Source: Octopus sinensis
Lineage: Eukaryota
Direction of reading: 5' to 3'
NCBI RefSeq assembly: GCF_006345805.1
Contig: NC_042998.1
Span: 77,996,001 to 78,060,000 of the forward strand
Length of the DNA stretch: 64,000 bases
Below are positions 40,133 through 51,868 of the stretch, piece by piece. Position 1 is the first letter of the stretch. Every line of letters begins with the position of its first letter. Under the pieces are notes generated by a model. That model made no database searches, was not told the origin of the DNA, and saw nothing but the letters and a program-made list of their open reading frames with translations. A program made the position numbers and the translations under genes.

Positions 40133-40903
40133 TAAAACGATTTCTGTTCAATCTGCGTTCAGCTCCATTTCTTCAATTCACCAATAATGTTTTAATTTCA
40201 ATTATCCGCACCAACGCACGGTTGCAACGCCAGATGGTTGTACCTCCAACCGTGCTGTTCACTGCTGTGATTTTGCTACTAAGGTATCGGTTAAACTTTT
40301 GATTAATCTACTACAAGATTATTCATCTTTCTATTTCACATTATAATATTATATATATATATTATATATATATATATATATATACAGACGCACGCTCACG
40401 CAGACACACACACCTACATACAAACAAATATATAGATGAGTGGTGTGTCTATGTGTGTATGTATTTGTGGCTATATGACATAACCATGAGAAAATCTGCG
40501 TGAGGCTTTGTGTTCCAGCTTCCATTCAGTTCTACTATATTTTATGTCAAACATTTTATTACGTCTGCTACGCAACTCTATAGCAATGTAATTCAATGTT
40601 GAGATACTTTTAAACTTGATATATTACAACGGAGTCACTTCATGGTTTATGACAGACATGTCGGACAATGTCCATTTTCAAACGAGACCTGGAACAGCGA
40701 TAACTATTAACATACGATTTTACAGGCACTTAATGATCTTTTTAAAAATATAGAAGCATTTCTTGTCACATGTACTCCTCTTTGTCTCCGTCTTTCACAT
40801 GTCCACATCTTTGTCCTTGTTAGTTTCCTGCTCTAGCTTTCTCTCCCCATCTCTCTCTATTTCTGTCACTTAGCGCTATTCCTCCTCCCCTCTCACTCTC
40901 TCC

Positions 40904-40949
<46 letters not shown>

Positions 40950-41009
40950 ATGCGTATATTCGTATATTCGTTTGCACTTCACTTTGTGTGCGTTTGTATA
41001 TATTTAGTT

Positions 41010-41397
41010 GTGGAGGCGCAATGGCCCAGTGGTTAGGGCAGCGGACTCGCGGTCGTAGGATCGCGGTTTCGATTCCCAGACCGGGCGTTGTGAGTGTTTA
41101 TTGAGCGAAAACACCTAAAGCTCCATGAGGCTCCGGCAGGGATGGTGGTGATCCCTGCTGTACTCTTTCACCACAACTTTCTCTCACTCTTACTTCCTGT
41201 TTCTGTTGTACCTGTATTTCAAAGGGCCGGCCTTGTCACTCTCTGTGTCACGCTGAATATCCCCGAGAACTACGTTAAGGGTACACGTGTCTGTGGAGTG
41301 CTCAGCCACTTACACGTTAATTTCACGAGCAGGCTGTTCCGTTGATTCGGATCAACCGGAACCCTCGTCGTTGTAACCGAGGGAGTGCTTCTAAAAA
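41010..41397 (+). mobile_element. tRNA-derived SINE family C, full length with 12-bp TSD
   Basis: Head GGCCCAGTGGTTAG..GGTTTCGATTCC; TSD ATATATTTAGTT at 40998..41009 and 41398..41409. Confidence 0.9.
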
Positions 41398-42419
41398 ATA
41401 TATTTAGTTATATACGGAATATGAAATTTTGCCGTTACAAAAGTCGAAAAGTATTTAACCCATACATTAGAATGAACATATTCTATTTGAATCTGGTGAT
41501 TCTTCAATTCTAAGTTTTACGGTGGTGTTTACCGGTATGATTGAGTTCGGTTAGTAGAAAATATGTAAATAAATATATTCTCTAATGCAAGCAAATATGA
41601 GTGGTAATCAAGTTAATTGGTTTCAGTGAATCTATTAAAAGCTGCGTCAGTTGTTCTTCTGTTCAATTTTCATACACAGATGTGTTATATTTATCAATTC
41701 ACTAGCAAAACAGTTCTTATTTACGTGGTTCAATCACAAACAGGTAAAGGTACATGGCTACAGATAAGGAAGTTATAGTATTGCTGAGTAAATGAATATG
41801 ATTGATTGATTGATTGATTCTAGTTTCAGCTTATGAGCTGTGGCCATGCTGGGGCACCGCCGTTCTGTTTATTTTTTTTTGTTTTTGTCTTTTCTGTAAC
41901 CATCATTCATGGCAAATTCTCATGTGGTACGTAAGCAAATTTAGCTACATGGAAGTTTATGACTCCCGGCATAGTGTCACACCAACAGTATATCTTCCGT
42001 TGTTATTCTCAAAATTTCAAAAATAATCATATATAAGCACGTACACGCGCGTGCGCAAACACAGACACGCACATATGATTATATACACCCACACAAAAAC
42101 ACAAAAGGACACACACAAGCGCAGACGCAGGTGCTAGTTAGTATTGCCTCCTAACTACATGGTCTCGTGTTACATCATATTGCTTGGTGCCTCCTACTGC
42201 TTGGTACCTTGGGCAAGTATCTTGTGCTATAGCCCCAGGTCGACCAAAGCCTTGTTAATGAAATTTGGTAGATAGAAACTGGAAGACATCCCCCGTATAT
42301 AAAAATATGTGTGTGTTTGTGTGTATGTTGTGTGTATTTGTGCGTATTTGTGAGTCTGTATATATATATATATATAATATATATATATTATATATATATA
42401 TGGATGTATGTACATACAA

Positions 42420-42628
42420 ACGACGCCATCCCGCTGGCTAAGCGAGCAAACCAACAGAAGAAAGTGCGAGGGAAAATTATGGCGAAAGTGTGCAGCAGGG
42501 ATCGCCACCACCCCTTATCGGAGTCTCGTGGAACTTTAGGTGTTTTCGCTCAATAAATCCTCACAACGCCCGGTCTGGGAATCGAAACCGCGAGTCCGCT
42601 GCCCTTACCACTGGGCCATTGCGCCTAC
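42420..42628 (-). mobile_element. SINE family C, 5' half
   Basis: Reverse complement of the 41010 head. Confidence 0.75.
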
Positions 42629-42671
42629 ATATACATATGTATGTATATATACATATATAAACATACATACG

Positions 42672-42702
<31 letters not shown>

Positions 42703-42712
42703 TATATTATAT

Positions 42713-42750
<38 letters not shown>

Positions 42751-43172
42751 GTAAGAGGAGTGATAAATGTCAAGGCAGATACCGAATTCCTCTATATAAA
42801 GTGTCAACGCTGGTTCCTTCTGATGGTGCGTTTTATGGTAAATTTCCTTTAATTCCGATCCGATGTTACAATTTTTTCCTGGCTACCAGTATAACGTACA
42901 ATACAGGTAATAAGGAGAATAAATAGTTTGAACATTCAAACTATATGTTTATTTACATTTGGTTTATTCATAATAATTGTTCAATACGTATTTCAATCGC
43001 TTTAATTGTATATTGTTGCATCGTTATATGCAGCTATTTAGGCATTATTTGTACGATCTCTTCAGGGTATGTAAATATGACATCATTTTAAGAGGAATTT
43101 TCCTACGTTATTTGTTTGAATTGGGTTTAGCACCAGTAATAGCAAACCATGGTTTTCATTATATACATATGT

Positions 43173-43242
<70 letters not shown>

Positions 43243-46113
43243 CAGCGTGAGAAAAACTGTTAATGTGATGGAGATAATCCTGGAAATTAAAGTTATGATA
43301 GGTGCATTGCGAACACACGAGTATGGCTGGGGCTGCCACGAAAAGATTAATCTTCCACCAGATTACACTAGGTTGGCAAGTTATTATAAGCGAGGAAATT
43401 TTTAATGGCAGAGGGAAGCCTTCGGTGAAAGCTGCAGCGTTAGGAGATCATTGCGCAGAGCAGCTTGTGAAACAAATTATGAAATGTGGAACTTGTTCAC
43501 GATTCTTACTGAAAATAATTATCATTCCAGGCTAATATTCGACGTTGATGTTGGAATGGTGTGATACTGCTCAATGATATTAGTGTAGAAGTTACGTGTC
43601 GTTGGTGTAATGGCAATGTTTTTGTAAAATGCTTGTCATCCCTGTAGAGTATGCCTGGCAACGTAAATAAGTCATCTGCATCCTTGTTATTTCACTAAGA
43701 TGATAATGAAGAAGCAGCTCCAACCCAATGAGGAGAAACGAAAGAATACATTTTGCTGTTTTCTACAAGTTTACAAGTTGCTTACGAAAAGACAATGCAG
43801 TTACGTAAATATTTTTAAAAATCCGACTTTCGCATTCCTGCATGAAGTTATTAACTGGAATGCGTAGGTGGATTTTGATAAAGGGTCCATAGTTCAAATA
43901 ATATTATAATGGTTACGTAACATCATTTTCTTAAGGCATGGTCTGATTTGATAAAACAAAAGTTATGATTAATAAGTTGATGGTGTTTTGGGTGAGTAAT
44001 ATGATGGGAGCACATGAAAGAACAGCCTGAAATAGTAAGGCTTTAGCGAATAGTGTGAGGCACACTGATAGCAGTATACATTGCTTCCAAGACAGATGGA
44101 ATTTCATGGATTTGAGACTAGATCAACAAAGTCAACCTGGCAGATATTGAACATAGAGATAATGGTTGGACGGTGGTTCATAAGTAGGTAAATAGGTAGA
44201 AAATGCAGAGATATGTGACCAAATCTGTTTACTACACGATAAATAATAAAACAAACAGTTACTACTCGTACATATTTGGCCTGGTTGTACTGCATTCAAA
44301 AAGCTGTGACTGTTGCATGCAAGATGGTGGAAAAAGCGAACTACATTGTAAAATAAAATAAATCGAAAATTTTCTAGTATCTTTTCTGTATCGCTGAAAA
44401 GAGCTCTGCTATAAGAAGTTACCGAAATTATGACCTCCTGTCAACAGTTGATGATATGAGGGTCCTCCAAAGCAACTTATATGTAAATAAATAATTTATG
44501 TATCCATATACGAATTGAAGCAGCGTGTGCTTACCTAATAAAAACCCAATATAAACTGATATGTTACCCAATATAAACCAAAATATTACTGAGATATAAC
44601 TATCCAGTTAGGACAGTCTATGAGTAGATAACTACCTTTATTACCCCTTTTGAAAAGGAAAAGTGATGGATTTATAGAGGATCTCTTCGATAATATAATA
44701 GATGAACAATCGATGCATTACTAATTCGTATCCTGACATCTACACTGCCGAGTATCCATGGCGAATAACACTTAATTTTATATCATTTATAGTAATTTCA
44801 GATGCAGAGTGAGAAATGTCTTTAGTACGTTCTGTATCTGTATGCTACTGCTTGTATTAGTTGTATTGCCTAATTCCCCCCCCCCTCTTTATCTCATTAT
44901 CCTGTTATGTGTTTATCTGCCTACTAGTCCTTTATATATGTAAATATAAACACTTAAAAAAGCTACCAATGTTTCCAGATTAGTCCACACAAAATATATT
45001 ACGATACGGTAATATCTGCACATAAGCATAAAAGGGCTTTTCTGCTCGTTAACTATATTTCATTATCATTTTCGGTACATTATTGAGGACAGTGTATCTG
45101 TAGTTTCAGTCTACCAAATTCAGCTCAAAAATATATTTGTAAACAGTCGTTGTCACCAAAGTGGCGAGCCGTGAGATTGAACATGGGACAACATTGCTGC
45201 GATGCAAACTACTTACCTAGACATCCAGCTCTGGTCACACTATCTCTGACATAAGTATCCGTACACGCATTCCGTCGTGTCTGAAAGTTCATTTCTGTGC
45301 AAAACAGCTGTAAATAGCTGACGTCATCTAAATCTCAGACTTCTTGCTCTTATTCTGTTCTATGTTGATGTATTCGTATGTTGTCATAGAGAAATTTAAT
45401 TGCGTGCACTAGCTGTTGATTCTTCTATCAACCTTAATAGTTATACTAAGCAACGTATCATGCATAATTACTGTCATTAACCTGACTTGTAATTCTGCAA
45501 TTAATCTTGTAGACCTGATGTTACCGACAATGAATATTCGAATTTAGTTAAACTATTACTAAGCATTGCTTGCAGATATTATAATACAAATCTGAAGAAA
45601 AGTAGACAGACCAACCACATGTTGTATCATAATTAAAAGGATATTAGCTACCTAATGATCTCTGCAGAGAGTAATGTATATACTTTAGCCTTACTTTGGT
45701 TAAACTCGAGTGATTTTATTAAAGCCAACAAATATAATTAGAACTTAAATTTAGATTTTTGCTTTGAATATTTGACTGGAGAAAAGTGTGAATAAAAAAT
45801 GGAAAATGATGTAGACATGGAGAGAAAGATTCAGAGACAGAGAGTAAGAAGAAATAAAAGCAGAAAGAAATTAGAGCAACAATTTACCCCAGCCAAGGTA
45901 TAATATAATCCTGCTCATTAATTCTTATAAAGATATAATTTAGAATATATTACTAAAGCAAATAAGCAGCTTAATTAGAAATTTCCAAACTTAGCAGAAT
46001 AAATTAAACATTGTTTAGATATTAAAAACAAGTAAGGAGAGTCATCTACATACATTATTGAAAAGTTTTAAAGTTAATCAACATTACATATACGTGTGTT
46101 TGTTGTGTGTTTG

Positions 46114-46148
<35 letters not shown>

Positions 46149-46989
46149 CGTGTTCTTGTGTGTGTGTGTGTGTGTGTAAAGACAGACAGTCAGACAAACA
46201 GAAAGAAAAAGAGACTCGGTAAAAAAAGATATAATCGTAAACCTGAGTTTCACAGCTAGTCATAGTGAGATACTCTGTCAAAGTACTCAACAAATGTTCA
46301 TATAAGTTGTGAAATATTTTTGGATATAACATTGAATTTAAACATTGAAATGTAAAAGGCAAAAAAAAACAATTTCTGGCACACGATATCTTTGAGATAT
46401 ACGAGAACGTACCTGCAAACAAGTCTTCCGCTACAAAGCGCTTGTTTGAGAGTTCTATGTCTCATCATACAGTATACAAGAGATAAAGCTCTTCCTCCCC
46501 GCGTGACAAGCAATATGAGATCGTCAGTAAGCTAGGTTTGATATGGCACTGCCTCAAACAATGCATCAAAATATATCGAAAAATGGGAAACATTTTTTGC
46601 CCAACTGGTATACGAGCGTAAGATTGTATTTTACATATACGTATTGGCAAGCAGGTGCAACCAAATGAGAACACCCTCTTAGTCGCGAAAGATGAGTTTG
46701 TGAGTGTTCCCTCCTTTGCATGTTTTCGAACTGTAGACAAGAGAGAAAATATTTTTTTAAAGTAGCTGAGCCACAATTTCCTTGTCTATCCAACGCTGAT
46801 TTGATAAAACCACATGATTCCGCTTGTTTCTGCTTGTTTCTAGTGGATAAGATGCTGCACTCGTGATCGCGAGATCGGGATTTCAGTTCCTAGACCGGGT
46901 GATGCATTATGTTCTTGAGCAGAACACTTCATTTTGCATTGCTCTGCGATCACTTTAGTTGCTGGTGAACTGCTGGAACTGAAGGCGAT

Positions 46990-47248
46990 GAGTTGACTCT
47001 GGACTCGAGCGGTTCACGTTTTCCTAACTCCCTTGCAAAAATTTTCTATTCCTAGAAGGTCATACTTCCTTTGTTACAGTTCCACCATTCCTGTGCTTGC
47101 ATTTTCCAAGTGTCACGGTTAATATCAAAGTTTTTCAGTGAGCTTTTGAGTATATCCTTCAAGTCTCTTTTGTGTCCACCTTGCGTGCACTTGCCTTCCG
47201 CTCATTCGCGCTATAGGACAGTCTCATGAGGAGTTGCGTATCACGTAT

Positions 47249-47250
<2 letters not shown>
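46990..47250 (-). mobile_element. RTE-clade LINE 3' coding fragment
   Basis: Minus frame GKCTQGGHKRDLKDILKSSLKNFDINRDTW resembles the BovB/RTE C-terminus (G.R..GG..KR.KD.LK.SLK). Confidence 0.65.
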
Positions 47251-47333
<83 letters not shown>

Positions 47334-47367
47334 ATATCTATCTATCTATCTATCTATCTATATCTCC

Positions 47368-47402
<35 letters not shown>

Positions 47403-47469
47403 CATATATAAAATAATGTATGACAAGAGCAGGAATTATGTAATGTCCTTTATTTGCGCTTATATATTT

Positions 47470-47690
47470 TACTCTTTTACACGTTTCTGTCATTTGACTG
47501 CGGGCATGCTGGAGTACCACCTTTAGTCGAAGAAATCAATCCCAGGACTTATTCTTTGTAAGCTTAGTATTTATACTATCGTTCTCTTTTGCCGAACCGC
47601 TACATTTCGGGGACATAAAAACACCAACATCAATTGACAAGCGATGGTGCTAGGACAAACACAGATACAAAGACCCACACACACATAAAT
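47470..47690 (-). mobile_element. SINE family A, 3' half
   Basis: GTCATTTGACTGCGGGCATGCTGGAGTACC...GCCGAACCGCT. Confidence 0.75.
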
Positions 47691-47856
47691 ATCTGCATAT
47701 ATATATATATATATATATAGGCTAACCCCTAAGGGGGGATGCTACTGTAGTTTGTAGCCCCAGGAGGACACCTCCTCCAGCTGGCTATAGACACTTTCTG
47801 TGCCCTATCAGTATTTGCAAAGGGAAGCCATCCTTCCCGTCTTCAACTTATGATAC

Positions 47857-47899
47857 ACACGGACTCGAGTTTCTGGGTATTGACCCGTCATCGGCGTGT
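47857..47899 (-). ncRNA. Hammerhead motif, mirror copy with core mutation (CCGAUGA)
   Basis: ACACG-CCGATGA-CGGGT CAAT ACCCA-GAAA-CTCGAG-TC-CGTGT. Confidence 0.65.
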
Positions 47900-48185
47900 G
47901 ACAATCACAGTTGTCGATGAAAAGTAGGTTCCCTTCACAAATACATATCCTTTTTCCAGTATCGTACAGACACTGATATCGAAAAAGTGTAAACAAGCAA
48001 TAATAAATCTTAGACCGAGTTATAAACAGTAGCTGCAACAACATCGTGACGTATATCTGCCATTTAAATATCTAAGATTTATTATTCCTTATTTACACTT
48101 TTTCGATATCAGTGTCTGTACAATACTGGAAAAAGGATATGTATTTGTGAAGAGAACCTACTTTTCATCGACTACTGTGATTGTC

Positions 48186-48228
48186 ACACGCTGATGACGG
48201 GTCAATACCCAGAAACTCGAGTCCGTGT
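48186..48228 (+). ncRNA. Minimal type-I hammerhead ribozyme motif
   Basis: Stem I ACACG/CGTGT; CTGATGA 48191..48197; stem II GGGT/ACCC closed by a C.A mismatch; GAAA 48212..48215; palindrome ACTCGAGT; GUC triplet with predicted cleavage after 48223. Confidence 0.8.
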
Positions 48229-48586
48229 ATATCATAAGTTGAAGACGGGAAGGATGGCTTCCCTTTGCAAATACTGATAGGGCACAGAAAGTGTGTCTAT
48301 AGCCAGCTGGAGGAGGTGTCCTCCTGGGGCTACAAACTACAGTAGCATCCACCCTTAGGGGTTAGCCATATTTAAATGGCAGATATATGTCACTATATAT
48401 ATATACTTACATATACATATACAAGTCGGGCTTCTTTTAGTGTCCGTCTACCAAACCCACACACAAGGCTTTGATCAACTCTAGTCTATAGTAGATGACA
48501 CTTGCCCAAGGTGCCACGCAGTGGGACTGAACCTGGAACAATGTGGTTGGGAGGCAAGCTTCTTACCACACAGCCACACCTACGCC

Positions 48587-48617
<31 letters not shown>

Positions 48618-48641
48618 TATATATATATAATATATATATAT

Positions 48642-48725
<84 letters not shown>

Positions 48726-48829
48726 GCAACAAGCAAATATACAGACACATACACAATACACACCCATATATATGATTGATTGATTGATTCTAGTTTCAGC
48801 TTATGAGCTGTGGCCATGCTGGGGCACCG

Positions 48830-48894
<65 letters not shown>

Positions 48895-49359
48895 CACAGG
48901 TAAGCGAAAAAGCAAAATCGAGATTAGAGGGGATCTGTATTGCGTTTATTGATAAAGAGTTTTCCGACGTTTCAGTTGTTATTGATATAGACATAGCATC
49001 GTAATTCTAGACCTTTGAAAGTACTTCATTTTGGTATGACAGTGGGTTTGCTTTCGCTTGTGACTGGTATAGCGCTTAAGTACTTCGGTATAGAAGAGTG
49101 AGTCGTTGATTGTTGTACAAGAAAGGATAGAAAGAGATAGTTTACCTACCGTTTTGCATTATATTAAATGCCTATTTTTAGACAAAAGCACGATATCATT
49201 ATTTTGTCGCCTGAGGAATACAAATATATTTCTCAGAGAAATACCGAGTTGCGTGCGGTTTAGTGATTTAAGAATATATATATAGGACCCCTTTTCCAAA
49301 AGATAACCCAACCAGGATCAAAAATGTCTTTACCACCCCGTTGCAACACAGACAAGTGA

Positions 49360-51025
49360 ACGAACCGTGGATTTCTTTGCCGCCTCACCTATAACCAGTG
49401 AGGAAGTTACGATGGATTACATCGACATTAGCGAAAATGTACTACTAGCCATAGATGAGGTGGACGCAAACTCAACTACTGTTCTTCAAGGCTTCCCAGC
49501 AATTCTCCTCAAATCCCTCAAGCGTGCCCTGGCGAAACCACAACAGATTCTTTTCTAGAGCCTTTTTGCAAGTGGCAGGTTGCCAAACAAACTGAAGCAG
49601 GGAATAATATGCCCAATCTATAAACGGGGAAGCAGAGCAGATACCAAAAATTATAGGCCTATCTCTCTGACTTCACACATCAGCAAAGTCAGAGGAAAAC
49701 TAATCGCATTCCTTGAAGAAAACGACTTGCTCAGTGATACCCAGCATGGTTTTCTACCAGGTAGGAACTGCTTGACACAGCCTTTACAGCACTATGACTG
49801 GGTGCTGAAGCAGTTACTTAACAACTCAAATGTGAACGTAATATACCTTGACTTTGCAAAAGCTTTTGACAAAGTTGATGATAGTGGATATGCCACGAAC
49901 TCCGTGATCTCGGCATAGCTGGAAAACTAGGAGAGTGGTTACATGATATTCTGAAAGATAGATGTCAGGCAGAAGTGGCCAATGGAGCCAGCTCAATGAA
50001 AACACGAAGAGTGAACAGTGTTCCACGGAGTACTCTTTTCAGACACCTGCTTTCCATAGTGGCCCTCTCAGATATGGCCACAACTGTCCGTATAGCAACC
50101 CTTGCTAGCTACACAGATGATACGAAAATCTTGCAGAAAATACAGAACCCCAGCGATGTTGCACATCTGCAGCAGGAGTTGGACTCAAATTACAGATGGG
50201 CTGAGGAAAATAATATGCAGTTTAACGCTGAAAAATTCCAAAACCTGCGCTACCAGCATCCAAAACTGAATGTAAAACTTACAGAAGTACACTGCTCCAC
50301 AGGGGATTACAATCCCAGAGCCTAAATCAGTGCGGACCTGGGTATCGACATGAGTGATGATACCTCTTTCCAATTCCACATTACTTGGATGGAGACAAAG
50401 TGCAGACGACTGGCTGGATGGATCCTGAGAACTCTCAGAACCAGAGAGAAAGAAACCATGATGGTCCTCAGCCGCCTGGATTATTGCTCTCAGCTATGGT
50501 CACTCCACAGTATAAAATTAACAGAAGACATTGAAGCCATCGTCTCATTGCAACATCTCAGCTACTGGAATAGGTTGAAAGAGCTAAGACTTTACTCCCT
50601 GGAGCGAAGCGGGAGAGATATGCAGTATTATACATCTGGAAGATCCTGGAAGGGACTGTGCCAAAATTTGGCATTGAAAGCTACACAAATGATAGAACAG
50701 GTCGCCACTGCCCAATACCAAAAATCCCAGCAGTGCCATTGCGCTTCAAGACCAGTTACTGCAACAGTCTGGGTTTCAGAGGTCCATAACTTTTTGATAT
50801 TCTCCTAAAGAGCCTGAGGGACTTACAAAAAGTGGATGTAGCTGTTTTCAAATCCATACTGGACATCTTCCTGTCGAGAGACCCAGATGAACCTGCCTCA
50901 TGGCTGGAGGTGCAAATGAGGGTAGCGACATCAAATGCTACATAATAAAGGAGGCTCTCAATAATAAGAGTGTAGCAAAACGGCGGTGCCCAGCATGGCC
51001 GCAACTTTGAGCTGAAACTTAAATA
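49360..51025 (+). mobile_element. Degenerate 5'-truncated CR1/L2-group LINE (RT domain and 3' tail)
   Basis: PIYKRGSRADTKNYRPISLTSHISKV; QHGFLPGRNCLTQ; IYLDFAKAFDKVD; SYTDDTK; SRLDYCSQLW; YWNRLKELRLYSLER. Multiple frameshifts. Confidence 0.9.
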
Positions 51026-51539
51026 TGTATATATATATATAGAGAGAGAGAGATGGAGTGGAAAGAGTTAGATAGACAGACAGACAGACAGAAAGAAAGA
51101 AAGAAAGAAAGAGAATGAGTGAATATGTATATATATATATATATATATGTAGGTAATATGTATATATATAAAGAAAGAGAGAGAGAGATGGAATGGAAAG
51201 AGTTAGATAGACAAACAGACAGACAGAAAGAAAGAAAGAAAGAGAATGAGTGAATGAAAGAAGAAAAGATAAAGATACAAGAGCACATAAACAATAAAAA
51301 ATGTATGTGCATATTTCTGTCTATCTGTTTTCATGTGTGTATGTCCGTAGTTGTGATTGTATTTGTATAGCTGTATATCTACATCTGTGCGCTGAGATAC
51401 AGATTTCAATATATTTATTTCGATGCACACCCGTACATACACAGAGAAAACTATTTGAAGAGAATTGAGGGCCTGTGAGCCACAAACTGATGTGAGAGCT
51501 AGCTCAGACACTAGAAAACACAAATAAAAATAACATGAA

Positions 51540-51576
<37 letters not shown>

Positions 51577-51611
51577 GTATGTATGTATGTATATATATAT
51601 ATATATTATAT

Positions 51612-51645
<34 letters not shown>

Positions 51646-51786
51646 AGTATATGTATGGATATACATATATATATATATATACGTATACATATATATAAAC
51701 ATAAGTATAATCTGTATAGAAGTATATGTATATGTATATATATGAAGACATATATAAACATAGATACACACACACATATATATATG

Positions 51787-51868
<82 letters not shown>

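Larger units (their letters stand above)
39829..40191. repeat. Perfect 156-bp-arm inverted repeat, 51-bp spacer
   Basis: 39829..39984 is the exact reverse complement of 40036..40191 as far as I can read. Confidence 0.95.
47720..48393. repeat. Long inverted repeat (~295-bp arms, ~97% identity) carrying a hammerhead in each arm
   Basis: 47720..48014 vs 48071..48367: I count 8 substitutions and one 2-bp indel. The spacer end (~48043..48070) also mirrors 48370..48393. Confidence 0.95.

Noticed and set aside
41012-41085. tRNA gene (also 9478, 14852 and 55780-55850)
   Set aside because: A/B boxes only, with no intact cloverleaf, and followed by SINE bodies or tails.
43240-43720. Moderately GC-rich unique-looking stretch as a coding exon
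   Set aside because: The frames I translated were interrupted by stops or showed no recognisable domain.
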